In this document: in pieces, positions 1-11,565 of the stretch | Layout: every line of letters begins with the position of its first letter | How positions within the stretch are numbered: the stretch's first letter is position 1 | From: Nitrospirota bacterium | GTDB lineage: Bacteria; Nitrospirota; UBA9217 | Assembly: GCA_963845065.1 (NCBI GenBank) | Contig: CAWJQQ010000001.1 | Coordinates: 864,001-928,000 of the forward strand | Length of the DNA: 64,000 nt | Direction: 5' to 3' | Program-made: the position numbers and the translations under genes | Notes under the pieces: generated by a model | Told to the model about the DNA's origin: nothing | The model's database searches: none | Seen by the model: only the letters and a program-made list of their open reading frames with translations

Positions 1-1463
1 ACACGTCGGAAATTTTTAACATGGCATATCTGGCGGTCCGTGGGAGCGGTGCGGTCAATGGTGTGAGCAGCTTGCATGGAAAGGTGAGTCGGCAGCTTTT
101 CGAGCCTCTCTTCCCGAACTGGCCGCTGGACGAAATCCCGGTTGGGCATGTGACTAACGGAGTCCATATGCCGACATGGGACTCGGCCCCGGCCGATGAT
201 CTCTGGACGGAAACCTGTGGGAAGGACCGCTGGCTTGGGACAATGAAAACGCTGGAGCAGGACATTCGCCGCGTCTCCGATGTCAGGCTCTGGCAATTTC
301 GTACCGCCGCCGGCAAATCTCTCATTGAATATGCTCGTATAAGTTTGTCGAGGCAACTGACCTCCTCGGGTGCGTCGCCCGAGGAGGTTGACTATGCGAA
401 GCATCTGTTTGATGCCAATGCGTTGACATTGGGCTTTGCACGTCGCTTTGCAACCTACAAGAGACCGAACCTGCTGCTGCAAGATCCGGAGCGACTGCTT
501 CGCCTTTTAACCAATCCAGAGCGCCCCGTGCAACTCATCCTTGCCGGTAAGGCCCATCCGGCGGACCAGGCGGGGCAAGCTCTGATTCAAGAATGGACCC
601 ATTTTATCCGACGGTCTGAAGCACGTCCCCATGTGATCTTCCTTAGTGACTACGACATGCTTTTGACCGAGCACTTGGTGCAGGGGGTAGATGTCTGGAT
701 CAATACGCCGCAGAGGCCCTGGGAGGCTTGCGGAACGAGCGGCATGAAAGTGCTTGTCAACGGTGGCATCAATCTTTCAGAATTGGACGGTTGGTGGGCG
801 GAAGCCTACACACCTAAAGTGGGGTGGGCGTTGGGAGACGGCCAGGAGCACGGAGATGATCCAGCCTGGGATGCTGTAGAAGCCGAGGCACTCTATGCCT
901 TGCTCGAACGCCAGGTGATCCCTGAGTTCTATACGCGCGACAAGAAGGGGATCCCCACAGCCTGGATGGCGCGGATGCGTGAAAGCATGGCGTGTCTAAC
1001 CCCCCGATTTTCAGCAAATCGCTCGGTTCGCGAATACAGTGAGCAACACTACATTCCGGCCGCTATAAACTATCGCGAACGAGCTGCAAATAAAGGGGTC
1101 GTAGGCAAACAGATGGTTGATTGGCGGCATACGGTGGAGCAGAAATGGGTCACACTCCACTTCGGTGACGTAAAGATCAATACCAACGGGAAGCAGCATG
1201 TATTCGAAGTTCAGGTCTATCTCAATGACCTCGACCCGAAGGCGGTGCGTGTAGAGCTTTATGCCGACGGCATTAATGGCGGCAAAACGGTGCGGCAGGA
1301 GATGAAGCGTGTTCGCCAGCCGAGGAGTGCGTTGGATGGCTACGTTTACAGCGCGGCGGTGCCTGCGGCCCGCCCGGCGTCGGACTATACGGCGAGGGTG
1401 ATACCGCATTGCACCGGCGTTATGGTTCCTCTGGAAGCAGAGCACATACTCTGGCAGCATTGA
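1..1463 (+). CDS. glgP: Alpha-glucan (glycogen) phosphorylase, 5'-truncated by window edge
   Basis: Motifs NGVSSLHG, HVTNGVH, GFARRFATYKR, AGKAHPAD and PLP-site EACGTSGMK; frame open from the window start. Confidence 0.95.
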   Translation, partial: TSEIFNMAYLAVRGSGAVNGVSSLHGKVSRQLFEPLFPNWPLDEIPVGHVTNGVHMPTWDSAPADDLWTETCGKDRWLGTMKTLEQDIRRVSDVRLWQFRTAAGKSLIEYARISLSRQLTSSGASPEEVDYAKHLFDANALTLGFARRFATYKRPNLLLQDPERLLRLLTNPERPVQLILAGKAHPADQAGQALIQEWTHFIRRSEARPHVIFLSDYDMLLTEHLVQGVDVWINTPQRPWEACGTSGMKVLVNGGINLSELDGWWAEAYTPKVGWALGDGQEHGDDPAWDAVEAEALYALLERQVIPEFYTRDKKGIPTAWMARMRESMACLTPRFSANRSVREYSEQHYIPAAINYRERAANKGVVGKQMVDWRHTVEQKWVTLHFGDVKINTNGKQHVFEVQVYLNDLDPKAVRVELYADGINGGKTVRQEMKRVRQPRSALDGYVYSAAVPAARPASDYTARVIPHCTGVMVPLEAEHILWQH

Positions 1464-1502
1464 GTCAATCTCGAACGGAAGAAAGACGACAGAAGACAGA
1501 TT

Positions 1503-3791
1503 ATGAACGAGCCAAAAAGACTGAAAAGAATGCGACAAACAAAAGACCGGATACTGTCCAAGTCAGTCCGTACCGCAGAAAAGGTGGACGCGACCAAAGG
1601 TCTGACTACGTCTGAACGACCTCTTCATGATTATGTGGCAGAGGTATCGGAGCGGACTGATATTCGAGTTGGTGTGCCATTGCCTCTGGGAACCTATGCA
1701 CATGGCGAAGGAGTGAACTTTGCTTTTTTCAGCCGACACGCCAGCCGAGTTCGGCTAGAGTTGTTTGATCATCCAGAAGATGCCACGGCAGATAGAGTGA
1801 TCGATCTAGATCCCGCGTGCAATCGCACTGGTGACGTGTGGCACGTCTGGGTTGAAGGGATTAGGCACGGCCAACTATATGCCTATCGCGTAGACGGTCC
1901 GTATCAACCCAAGGAGGGCCATCGTTTCAATTTCAACAAGCTTCTCATAGATCCCTTTGCTACGGCTATCTCGCGGTCGCCCGCCTGGGACTTTGGCCCT
2001 GCTCGGGGATACGATCATTCTGTGCCCGACGGAGACTCAGTGCGTTCAATGGTAGATAATGCCGGCTCCATGCCAAAATGCATATTCTCGCAGGAGCATT
2101 TTCACTGGCAAGAGGACCGTCCGCCCAGGCATCCCTGGTCGAAGACGGTCATTTATGAAACACACGTGCGTGGTTTCACTATCCATCCCAGCTCAGGTGT
2201 GGAGCATCCTGGCACGTACCGAGGTCTAATGGAGAAGATCCCCTATTTCAAAGAACTAGGGGTGACGGCCGTGGAACTGATGCCAGTGCAGGAATTCAAT
2301 GAACACCAGATGGCAGGCATCAATCCGCAAACAGGCCAGGCGCTAGGGAATTACTGGGGCTACGATCCCGTAGCTTTTTTTGCACCAAAAGCTTCCTATA
2401 GCAGTTCGGGAGGCGTGGGTCAGCAAAAACTGGAATTTAAAGAAATGATCCGAGCCTTCCATGGGGCCGGTATCGAGGTGATCCTGGACGTGGTCTTCAA
2501 TCATACGGCCGAGGGAAACGAACAGGGGCCTTCACTTTGTTTCCGCGGTATTGATAATACGATCTTCTACATTCTGGAGAACGATAAACGCTATTACAAG
2601 GATTATACGGGCACCGGCAACACCGTCAATGCCAACCATCCCGTAGTGCGGGATTACATCCTGACCGCGTTGCGCTACTGGGTGGTGGAGATGCATGTCG
2701 ACGGATTTCGTTTTGACCTGGCCGCGGTGCTCGGTCGGGGCCGTACCGGCAACTTGCTTCCAAACCCCCCGCTTCTCGAGCGAATCGCCGAGGACCCAAT
2801 TTTAAGGGATGTTAGGATCATCGCTGAGGCATGGGATGCCGCTGGAGCGTATGAGGTCGGGAGTTTCTCCGAATGCCGTTGGGCGGAGTGGAACGGTCAG
2901 TACCGTGATGACGTCCGACGGTTCTGGCGCGGCGATGATGGGATGCTTGGTTTGTTTGCCAGCCGCATCTGCGGCAGTGCAGACATCTACGCCAGGTCGG
3001 GCAAAGGCCCAGAGAGCAGCATCAATTTCGTCACCTGCCATGATGGGTTCACTCTGAAAGACTTGGTCAGCTATCGTTATAAGCACAATGAAGCAAACGG
3101 AGAAAACAATCATGATGGGACAAACTACAACTTCAGCGAGAACTACGGCGCAGAAGGCGAGACAACGGATGCCGCGATCGAGGCCGTGCGGAAACGCCAG
3201 ATCAAAAACTTCCTGCTGACTCTTTTGATCTCGCGCGGGGTGCCGATGCTGCTCGGCGGGGACGAATTTCGCCGCACGCAGGGCGGCAACAACAATGCCT
3301 ACTGCCAGGACAACGAAACGAGCTGGCATGACTGGAGCTATCTGGAACAGCAAAGAGAAATTTTCCGCTTCACCCGTGGCATGATTGCCTTTCGTCGTGC
3401 CCATCCGATTCTGAGTAATGAGCAATTCTATTTGGATTCAGAGGTCCATTGGTTTGGCTCGCAAGGGGGATTGCCCAACTGGGATAATCCAAAAGAAAAA
3501 CAGTTTGCCTGTCTGATCCATGAGGATGAGCAGAGCGCACTGTACATTATGTTCAATGCCAGTGCCGATGCAGTCGATTTCGGTTTGCCTCCTGTACTGC
3601 CGGGGGCTCGGTGGCGTCTAGCCGTTGACACCTCTCGCGAAGCGCCACAAGATATGTTTGCTGCGGGTGAGGAACCGCTTTGGGAAGATTCACAAACTTA
3701 CCACCGCCTGAGCCCAAGATCTAGCGCCATACTTATTGCTCGAGGACCGGACTATCAAAGGTGGCAGGTGGCGTTGACGGAGACCAAATGA
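1503..3791 (+). CDS. glgX: Glycogen debranching enzyme (isoamylase, GH13)
   Basis: NYWGY, DVVFNHTAEG, DGFRFDLA, IIAEAWD, NFVTCHDGFTL and NNAYCQDN motifs; start codon uncertain. Confidence 0.95.
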   Translation: MNEPKRLKRMRQTKDRILSKSVRTAEKVDATKGLTTSERPLHDYVAEVSERTDIRVGVPLPLGTYAHGEGVNFAFFSRHASRVRLELFDHPEDATADRVIDLDPACNRTGDVWHVWVEGIRHGQLYAYRVDGPYQPKEGHRFNFNKLLIDPFATAISRSPAWDFGPARGYDHSVPDGDSVRSMVDNAGSMPKCIFSQEHFHWQEDRPPRHPWSKTVIYETHVRGFTIHPSSGVEHPGTYRGLMEKIPYFKELGVTAVELMPVQEFNEHQMAGINPQTGQALGNYWGYDPVAFFAPKASYSSSGGVGQQKLEFKEMIRAFHGAGIEVILDVVFNHTAEGNEQGPSLCFRGIDNTIFYILENDKRYYKDYTGTGNTVNANHPVVRDYILTALRYWVVEMHVDGFRFDLAAVLGRGRTGNLLPNPPLLERIAEDPILRDVRIIAEAWDAAGAYEVGSFSECRWAEWNGQYRDDVRRFWRGDDGMLGLFASRICGSADIYARSGKGPESSINFVTCHDGFTLKDLVSYRYKHNEANGENNHDGTNYNFSENYGAEGETTDAAIEAVRKRQIKNFLLTLLISRGVPMLLGGDEFRRTQGGNNNAYCQDNETSWHDWSYLEQQREIFRFTRGMIAFRRAHPILSNEQFYLDSEVHWFGSQGGLPNWDNPKEKQFACLIHEDEQSALYIMFNASADAVDFGLPPVLPGARWRLAVDTSREAPQDMFAAGEEPLWEDSQTYHRLSPRSSAILIARGPDYQRWQVALTETK

Positions 3792-4435
3792 AAAGAGTGA
3801 TTCCGATCACGACCTTGTTTCTGGATATTGGCGGTGTCCTGCTCACCAACGGGTGGGATCATCACGCTCGTAAACAGGCAGCGATGAACTTCAAGCTGAA
3901 GTTGACAGAGATGGAGGAGCGGCATCATTTGACCTTCGCCACCTACGAGGAGGGAAAGCTCACGCTGGGAGAATATTTGGGGCGAGTAGTCTTCTACCAA
4001 AAGCGATCGTTCACCCGGGCTCAGTTTCGGAAATTCATGTTCGAGCAGTCGAAGCCATATCCTCAAATGATCGATTTGGTCCGCCGGCTTAAGGCACAGT
4101 ATGGATTGAAGATTGTCGTGGTCAGCAACGAAGCACGGGATCTGAATTCGCACCGAATTCGAAAGTTCAAGCTTGATAGGTTCGTGGATTCCTTCATCTC
4201 ATCCTGCTTCGTCCATGTTCGCAAGCCCGACGCGGACATCTTTCGGCTTGCGCTGGATATCGCCCAGGTACCAGCCCGGCAGGTAGTCTATATCGAAAAC
4301 ACTTCGATGTTCATACAAATTGCAGAAGGTTTGGGAATTCGAAGCATTCTTCACACGGATTACAGGTCCACATGCGCGAAACTGGCTTCGTTTGGATTGC
4401 AGATTGACGAAGGAGTCATTCATGAGACCAGCTAA
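3788..4435 (+). CDS. HAD-superfamily hydrolase/phosphatase
   Basis: LFLDIGGVL motif I, VVSN motif II, RKPD motif III; ATG at 3788 overlaps the glgX stop (ATGA). Confidence 0.85.
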   Translation: MKRVIPITTLFLDIGGVLLTNGWDHHARKQAAMNFKLKLTEMEERHHLTFATYEEGKLTLGEYLGRVVFYQKRSFTRAQFRKFMFEQSKPYPQMIDLVRRLKAQYGLKIVVVSNEARDLNSHRIRKFKLDRFVDSFISSCFVHVRKPDADIFRLALDIAQVPARQVVYIENTSMFIQIAEGLGIRSILHTDYRSTCAKLASFGLQIDEGVIHETS

Positions 4436-5651
4436 CCAACGCATCCTGACGATCAATGGCGGTTCATCAAGCATCAAATTCGCGATATTCGAGGCCGGTG
4501 AATCGCTCCTGCGGATTCTGGAAGGAAGTATTGAACGGATTGGACCGCCGGAGGCCACATTCAGGGTGAAAGGCATGAACCAGGCGGACAACTTTTCGCA
4601 GTTAGTTACTGCGCCGGATCACACGGCGGCGGTGAGCGCTTTGATGGATTGGATCGAGGAACGCAGTGGGCGTGACGCATTGACCGCGGTAGGGCATCGC
4701 GTGGTGCATGGTGGGCCAAAGTATAGTAAACCACAGCGAATTACCGCGGAAATGGTTGAGGAGCTGCACAGGCTTAGTCCATTCGATCCTGATCATCTCC
4801 CGGAGGAGATCCTGTTGACCGAGGCGTTTCATCGCAGATTTCCTGACCTGCCCCAAATAGCATGTTTCGATACGGCCTTTCACCATGACCTGCCGCGCGT
4901 GGCCCGATTGTTGCCGATCCCGCGCCGTTACGAAGCGCAGGGGGTGCGGCGGTACGGTTTTCACGGGTTGTCGTATGCGTTTCTCATGGAAGAACTGGCC
5001 CGCATGGCCGGAGCGGAAACGGCACAAGGCCGGGTCATCCTCGCCCACCTCGGCAATGGCGCGAGCCTGGCGGCGGTGCGTGATGGCAAATCTGTGGACA
5101 CAAGCATGAGTTTCACCCCGACAGCCGGTGTGCCGATGAGCACTCGTTCGGGCGATCTCGATCCTGGACTGCTTTGGTATCTGGCGCGCACCGAGGGGCT
5201 CGACGCAAAACGGTTCAATGAGATGGTCAATCTTCAGTCCGGGCTGCTTGGCGTGTCGGAGACCAGTTCCGACATGCGTGACTTGCTCAACCGTGAAACG
5301 CAGGACGTGCGGGCGGCTGAAGCGGTCGCGCTGTTTTGCTACCAGGTTAAGAAATGTATCGGTGCATTCGCTGCGGCGTTGGACGGACTGGACACGATGG
5401 TGTTCGCTGGCGGCATCGGAGAGAATGCACCCACTGTCCGCGCCCGGATTTTAGAGGGGCTGGGATTCCTTGGAATCGAACTAGAAGAAAAGCGAAACGC
5501 GGGAAATGAGGGCGTGATTTCTGCGACGGCCAGCCGGGTTGCGGTGCGAGTCATTCGAACGGACGAAGAAATAATGATAGCCAGGACGGTTTGCCGCGTT
5601 CTTGGACTGCGGGATGGAAAGGAAATTTGCCGTGAAGACGAAGAGGACTAA
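4422..5651 (+). CDS. ackA: Acetate/propionate kinase
   Basis: INGGSSSIKF, GHRVVHGG, FDTAFH, RRYGFHGLSY, HLGNGAS, GGIGEN, TDEE; AGGAG RBS before ATG 4422. Confidence 0.93.
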   Translation: MRPANQRILTINGGSSSIKFAIFEAGESLLRILEGSIERIGPPEATFRVKGMNQADNFSQLVTAPDHTAAVSALMDWIEERSGRDALTAVGHRVVHGGPKYSKPQRITAEMVEELHRLSPFDPDHLPEEILLTEAFHRRFPDLPQIACFDTAFHHDLPRVARLLPIPRRYEAQGVRRYGFHGLSYAFLMEELARMAGAETAQGRVILAHLGNGASLAAVRDGKSVDTSMSFTPTAGVPMSTRSGDLDPGLLWYLARTEGLDAKRFNEMVNLQSGLLGVSETSSDMRDLLNRETQDVRAAEAVALFCYQVKKCIGAFAAALDGLDTMVFAGGIGENAPTVRARILEGLGFLGIELEEKRNAGNEGVISATASRVAVRVIRTDEEIMIARTVCRVLGLRDGKEICREDEED

Positions 5652-5669
5652 CCTCAGGGACAGACCGAA

Positions 5670-7130
5670 ATGACGATGACCATCGGTAACGTGGTGCACA
5701 ACGTCTGGCACATCGCTGCCATCGGACTGGGGTTGCTTCTCTCTGTTTGGGCTACTGGCCACGCGGTTCTCAATAAGCGTGACTCGCGCGCCGCCATCGC
5801 ATGGGTGGGTTTCGTTTGGCTCGTCCCCCTAGTCGGGGCTGTTATGTACTTCATCTTCGGAGTCAATCGCATTCGCCATAAGGCCGCTCTACTGCGGAGG
5901 AACCTTGAGCGGTACCGGGCACAAGCCGAGCAACCTGAATGTCGTCCGGAAGAGTTGCAACGCCATCTGCCGGATCACGATGGGCATATCAAGATGCTGG
6001 CTCGGGTCGTTGGGGGCATGGTGGAACGACCCTTGCTGCCGGGCAATCGGATCGAGCCATTGGTGACCGGTGATGAAGCCTATCCGGCCATGTTGGAAGC
6101 GATCAAACGAGCAAGCCAGACTGTTTCTTTTGTGACCTATATTTTCGATAGGGACGAAGTCGGGATGGCCTTTGCACATGCGCTTGGCGAGGCCGCGCGC
6201 AGGGGCGTGGAAGTGCGGGTGCTGATTGACGCGACGGGGAGTCGGTATTCCTGGCCCACCATTCTCCAAACGCTGCGACAGGAAGGCGTGAAGTATGCAC
6301 GGTTCCTCCCGTTTTGCTTTGTGGCATCTAATGTCGATGAACATGCATATGCACCGGAAGATCCTGGTGGTGGATGGGTGCGTGGGATTTACCGGTGGCA
6401 TGAATATTCGAGTGGGGCATTGCCTTCAACGCCAGCCGAAAAACCCGGTAAGGACATCCATTTCCGTGTGCAGGGCCCTGTGGTGACCCAACTGCAAGAA
6501 GTGTTCGCCGACGATTGGCTGTTCACGACCGGCGAATCCTTGCGTGGTGATTCATGGTTTCCCAAAACAGAAAACGTGGGACAGGTGTTGGCGCGAGGCG
6601 TGGCCGATGGCCCGGACGAGAATTTTGAGAAGCTTCTTTGGACGTTGTTGGGAGCGCTTTCGATCGCCCGCTATTCCATTCGGATCATGACTCCCTATTT
6701 TCTGCCCGACCCTGACGTGATCTCCGCCTTGAATCTGGCGGCAATGCGGGGCGTGCAGGTGGACATTATTTTACCCTCACGGATCAATGTGCCCTTCGTC
6801 CTTTTTGCCTCCCGGGCGATGTGGTCGCAAGTGCTTCAGCATGGATGCCGAATATGGCTAACCCCGCTTCCATTCGATCACTCCAAACTAATGTTAGTAG
6901 ATGGCTGCTGGGTGCTGCTGGGGTCTGCCAACTGGGATTCGAGAAGCTTGCGACTCAACTTCGAGTTCAACTTGGAATGCTATGATGTTGAACTTGCCCA
7001 ACGGCTCGAGCAGCTGTTCGAGACAAGAATGGATGGTGCACATCCTGTGACGCTGGATGAGGTTAATGATCGCCCACTGCTGGCTCGCCTGCGTGACGGC
7101 ATTGCGCATTTGCTAACACCGTACTTGTAG
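5670..7130 (+). pseudogene. cls: Cardiolipin synthase (PLD family) with two compensating frameshifts removing the first HKD motif from the main frame
   Basis: PLDc_N TM region and second HKD (HSKLMLVD...GSANWD) are in frame; the first HKD (HRKILVVDG..GFTGGMNI) lies in the +1 frame at ~6313-6450. Confidence 0.8.
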
Positions 7131-7175
7131 TCCGAGACTTATGTACGTGCAAAACAGCTGGAAAGGAAGGCGATC

Positions 7176-9566
7176 ATGAGGATAAACAAGAAAAATGCAA
7201 TGGATAAAACATTGTCAACCGAACTGCTTTCCAAAATCGACGCTTACTGGCGTGCCGCCAACTATCTATCGGTTGGCCAGATTTATCTTTACGACAATCC
7301 GCTGCTCAATCGGCCGCTGATGCTCGCGGATGTGAAACACATGCTACTGGGGCACTGGGGCACGACCCCGGGGCAGAACTTCATTTACGTTCACTTGAAC
7401 CGGGTCATCAAAAAATACGACCTTGACATGATTTACGTCTCCGGCCCCGGGCATGGCGGCCCGGCCGTCGTGGGCAACACTTACCTCGAGGGCACATACA
7501 GCGAGATCTATCCCAACATCAGCCAGGATGAGGCCGGGCTTCGGAAGCTCTTCATTCAGTTTTCGTTTCCCGGAGGAATTCCCAGCCATGCGTCGCCGGA
7601 ATGCCCGGGCTCGATACACGAGGGCGGCGAGCTGGGCTATTCGCTCAGCCATTCGTTTGGGGCGGTCTTCGATAATCCCAATCTCATTGTTGCCTGCGTT
7701 GTCGGTGATGGCGAGGCAGAAACCGGACCGCTGGCCACCTCATGGCATTCCAACAAGTTCCTTGATCCGGCCACTGACGGCGCGGTGCTACCAATCCTTC
7801 ATCTCAACGGTTATAAGATTTCCAACCCGACCGTCCTCGCGCGCATCACCCGCAAGGAGTTGGAACAGTTGCTTCTCGGCTACGGGTGGACACCCTACTT
7901 CGTCGAAGGTCACGAACCCGGGCCGATGCATGAGGCCATGGCTACGACGCTTGACACGGTAGTGGAACAGATCAAAATAATCCAACAAGACGCGCGCGTC
8001 CACGGTAACATCACGCGTCCGAGCTGGCCGATGATCGTCCTGAATTCACCCAAGGGCTGGACAGGGCCGAAGATAATCGATGGTCTGCAGATTGAAGGCA
8101 CCTTCAGAGCGCACCAGGTGCCGCTGTCCGATCCGGCCACACATCCCGAACATCTCCAGCTGTTGGAAGACTGGCTTAGGAGCTATCATCCGGAGGAACT
8201 CTTCGATGGGCAGGGTCGTCTGAAACCGGAACTGGCCGAACTTGCACCCAAAGGCGAACGACGCATGGGCGCAAATCCCCACGCCAATGGCGGCATTCTG
8301 CTCCGCGACCTGCGATTGCCGGATTTTCGTGACTACGCAGTTGGCGTGCCCTCGCCGGGGGTGCCAGGCATCGGCGACACGCATGTGCTCGGGCGTTTCC
8401 TGCGCGATGTAACGAAGCTGAACAGTGAACAGCGGAATTTCAGGGTATTCGGCCCTGACGAGACTCTCTCCAACGGCTTGGAGGCCCTCTTTGAAGTGAC
8501 CAAACGCCAATGGGATGCTGTGACTGTGTCAAACGATGAATTTCTCGCACCCACTGGACGCGTGATAGAAATGCTCAGCGAGCACCAATGCGAGGGCTGG
8601 CTCGAGGGCTACCTGCTCACCGGGCGGCATGGGCTCTTCAATTGCTATGAGGCATTTATCCACATCGTCGATTCGATGTTCAATCAGCACGCTAAGTGGC
8701 TGAAGGTGACGTCGCACCTGCCGTGGCGGCGGAAGATCGCCTCGTTAAACTACCTGCTGGCCTCGCATGTATGGCGCCAGGACCATAACGGCTTCACACA
8801 CCAAGATCCCGGTTTCATCGACCACGTCGTGAACAAGAAAGCCGAGGTCGTGCGTGTTTACCTTCCGCCGGATGCAAACTGCCTGCTGTCGGTGATGGAC
8901 CATTGTCTGCGCGGCCGCCATTACGTCAATGTCGTGATCGCGGGCAAACACCCGGCGCCGCAATGGCTGACGATGGACGCCGCTGTCAAGCACTGCACCG
9001 AGGGCATCGGCATCTGGCCGTGGGCTAGCAACGACCAGGACGTTTCGCCGGACGTGGTCATGGCCTGCTGTGGCGACGTGCCAACGCTGGAGACGCTTGC
9101 CGCCGTCTCCATTATTCGCGAGCATCTGCCCGGTCTGAAAATTCGAGTGGTCAACGTCGTCGACCTCATGAAGCTGCAGCCGCAAACTGAGCACCCGCAC
9201 GGACTCTCCGACATGGATTTTGACGAGCTCTTCACTAAGGACAAACCGGTCATCTTCGCCTTTCATGCCTACCCCTGGTTGATCCACCGGCTAACATACC
9301 GCCGCACCAATCATGACAACATCCACGTCCGCGGCTACAAGGAAGAGGGCACCATCACCACTCCCTTCGATATGACGGTGTTGAACGATTTGGACCGCTT
9401 CCATCTCGTAATGGACACCATCGACCGCCTGCCGCAGACCGGCGACAAAGGCATCTACCTGAAGCAGAAGCTCAAGGACAAGCTTGTCGAGCACAAACAA
9501 TATATTGACAAATACGGTGAAGACATGCCGGAGATTCGGAACTGGAAGTGGGTCAACCCCAAATGA
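7176..9566 (+). CDS. xfp: Phosphoketolase (XFP/XPK family)
   Basis: [33 protein letters not shown] motif [27 protein letters not shown]. Confidence 0.96.
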   Translation: MRINKKNAMDKTLSTELLSKIDAYWRAANYLSVGQIYLYDNPLLNRPLMLADVKHMLLGHWGTTPGQNFIYVHLNRVIKKYDLDMIYVSGPGHGGPAVVGNTYLEGTYSEIYPNISQDEAGLRKLFIQFSFPGGIPSHASPECPGSIHEGGELGYSLSHSFGAVFDNPNLIVACVVGDGEAETGPLATSWHSNKFLDPATDGAVLPILHLNGYKISNPTVLARITRKELEQLLLGYGWTPYFVEGHEPGPMHEAMATTLDTVVEQIKIIQQDARVHGNITRPSWPMIVLNSPKGWTGPKIIDGLQIEGTFRAHQVPLSDPATHPEHLQLLEDWLRSYHPEELFDGQGRLKPELAELAPKGERRMGANPHANGGILLRDLRLPDFRDYAVGVPSPGVPGIGDTHVLGRFLRDVTKLNSEQRNFRVFGPDETLSNGLEALFEVTKRQWDAVTVSNDEFLAPTGRVIEMLSEHQCEGWLEGYLLTGRHGLFNCYEAFIHIVDSMFNQHAKWLKVTSHLPWRRKIASLNYLLASHVWRQDHNGFTHQDPGFIDHVVNKKAEVVRVYLPPDANCLLSVMDHCLRGRHYVNVVIAGKHPAPQWLTMDAAVKHCTEGIGIWPWASNDQDVSPDVVMACCGDVPTLETLAAVSIIREHLPGLKIRVVNVVDLMKLQPQTEHPHGLSDMDFDELFTKDKPVIFAFHAYPWLIHRLTYRRTNHDNIHVRGYKEEGTITTPFDMTVLNDLDRFHLVMDTIDRLPQTGDKGIYLKQKLKDKLVEHKQYIDKYGEDMPEIRNWKWVNPK

Positions 9567-9746
9567 AAACGCAAGAGCTTAAAGATACCGCGAGAACGTT
9601 GGTCGCCGGCGAGAAGGGCTAGCTCTGGTGGCGATGGATGTAACTAATCAAAGCTGCGATAAACTATTTGCCAGGTCGGCGTTTTCCTAGACCGAGTTGG
9701 CTCGGCGAACCTTGGAGAATACAAGGTAGCTTTGGAAAGAACATGA
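9563..9746 (+). pseudogene. Class I fructose-bisphosphate aldolase remnant (head and tail only)
   Basis: ATG overlapping the xfp stop reads [19 protein letters not shown], then out of frame AMDVTNQSCDKLFA..*TELARR, then GEYKVALERT*; resembles the class I aldolase start (KGLLAMDES..C.KRF) and end (GEY). Confidence 0.65.
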
Positions 9747-9812
9747 GCATGACTATTAGGACTCCGCAACTCATGAAACGTGTGGCATACAAATACAGAA
9801 AGGATCCCAGTT

Positions 9813-10048
9813 ATGAATACCGACCAACCCGATGCTCTCAGCGCAGCGATGGCGTTGCCCGACTGATATACCGGGTGCTCGATCCAACTGCCGCGCCCCT
9901 ATTGGCCAAAAAACCTGTCGATATGTCTCTACAGATTGCCAGGCGTGCTTACGAACTGTACGAGCAGCGGGGCCGCCAGGTCGGTCGAGCGGTTCACCGA
10001 CTGGGGGAGGCGGAGCGGGAGATACGGAAAGAAGGACCCTATAAATAA
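9813..10048 (+). pseudogene. Remnant ending in a DUF2934-like domain; possibly the collapsed head and tail of a P-type H+-ATPase
   Basis: GAAAGGA RBS then MNTDQPDA...; other frame YRVLDPTAAPLL...QIARRAYELYEQRGRQ.G.A.....AEREI is DUF2934-like. The ATPase origin is inference. Confidence 0.45.
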
Positions 10049-10138
10049 ACAGAGGCGAACAGCATAGCGAGCATTGCTGATAAATTGAAGATGAAATCAA
10101 TTCCACCAATATTTGCAAATCACTAAGGAGGCAAAACC

Positions 10139-11560
10139 GTGAACAATGAGCAACAACAGTATGCCATCGGCATGATCGGCCTGGGTGTCATGGGGCGCAA
10201 TCTCGTGATGAACATGGCTGACCACGGCTATGCCGTGGCAGGTTATGACAAGGATCCGACTAAAGTCGAGGCTCTGCGCCAGGAATCAAAAGAACGTAAT
10301 GTTTTCGGCGCGGCGGATATCAAGGAGTTTATCGGATTGCTCCGCCGACCGCGCGCAATTATGATTCTGGTTCCCGCTGGCGCTCCGGTAGATTCTGTCA
10401 TCAATGATTTGTTGCCACTCTTGGACAGGGGCGATCTCATCATCGATGCCGGCAACTCCTATTTTAAAGATACCGACTTACGCGCCCGAAACCTGACAGC
10501 GAAAGGCATACAATTTCTTGGCGTGGGCGTGTCGGGAGGAGAAGTAGGCGCTCGTCATGGCCCGAGCATAATGCCCGGCGGGCCGAAAGCGGCTTACGAG
10601 CGTGTCCAACTGGTGTTTGAAGCTGTCGCGGCCAAGGTAAACGGCGATCCGTGCGTGACCTATCTCGGTCCCGGATCGGCGGGTCACTTCGTGAAGATGG
10701 TTCACAACGGCATCGAATACGGTGTCATGCAATTGATCGCAGAGACATACGATCTGATGAAACGTGGCTGGGGCTTGAATGATGATGAGGTGCGAGAAGT
10801 ATATGCTTTATGGAACAAGGGCAATCTCAATGGCTATCTTGTGGAGATCACGAGCCATATCTTTTCTAAACAGGACGAGAAAAGCGGCAAGCGGCTGATC
10901 GACGAAATCCTCGACGTGGCCAAACAAAAAGGCACGGGAATGTGGACCTCGCAAAGCGCGATGGAATTACAAGTGTCGATCCCGACGATAGATCTGGCTG
11001 TCTCGATGCGGGACTTGTCAGCGTTCGCGGAAGAACGGCAGAAGGCCAGCGCGATGTATCAGCGACCGATTCGGCGCATCAACGGTGACCGCGACGCCTT
11101 ATTCACACAACTGGGCAACGCTTTTTTTGCAGGGATGATCATCATTTACGCACAAGGTATGGCGCTTTTGACGGTTGCTTCAAACAAATACGAGTATCAC
11201 CTCGATCTTGAAGCCGTGGCGCGGATTTGGCGAGGAGGCTGCATCATCCGCGCCTCGTTGCTGGAAGACATCTGCACGGCATTCCACTCGAGGCCTGATC
11301 TGCCGAACTTGTTACTTGCTCCTAACTTGTCGCACAAAGTCATGGAGCATCAGGACTGTTTACGTCAAGTGGTGTGCCAAGCGGCCGCGTTAGGCATACC
11401 GGCCCCAGGGTTGATGGTTTCATTGGGCTATCTCGACGCTTATCGCAGTGCTTGGCTGCCGGCCAATCTTATCCAGGCTCAGCGCGACTATTTCGGAGCC
11501 CACACCTACGAACGGATTGATGCCAAGGGCACGTTTCACACAGAATGGAATGAGGGGTGA
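10139..11560 (+). CDS. gnd: 6-phosphogluconate dehydrogenase, NADP-dependent, decarboxylating
   Basis: GLGVMG, GVSGGE, SIMPGG, GHFVKMVHNGIEYG, QKGTG, IWRGGCII, QAQRDYFGAH; AAGGAGG RBS before GTG. Confidence 0.96.
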   Translation: MNNEQQQYAIGMIGLGVMGRNLVMNMADHGYAVAGYDKDPTKVEALRQESKERNVFGAADIKEFIGLLRRPRAIMILVPAGAPVDSVINDLLPLLDRGDLIIDAGNSYFKDTDLRARNLTAKGIQFLGVGVSGGEVGARHGPSIMPGGPKAAYERVQLVFEAVAAKVNGDPCVTYLGPGSAGHFVKMVHNGIEYGVMQLIAETYDLMKRGWGLNDDEVREVYALWNKGNLNGYLVEITSHIFSKQDEKSGKRLIDEILDVAKQKGTGMWTSQSAMELQVSIPTIDLAVSMRDLSAFAEERQKASAMYQRPIRRINGDRDALFTQLGNAFFAGMIIIYAQGMALLTVASNKYEYHLDLEAVARIWRGGCIIRASLLEDICTAFHSRPDLPNLLLAPNLSHKVMEHQDCLRQVVCQAAALGIPAPGLMVSLGYLDAYRSAWLPANLIQAQRDYFGAHTYERIDAKGTFHTEWNEG

Positions 11561-11565
11561 AAATC

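Noticed and set aside
9668..10048. 126-aa ORF as a genuine gene
   Set aside because: It runs across two unrelated remnants; only the 3' part is family-like.
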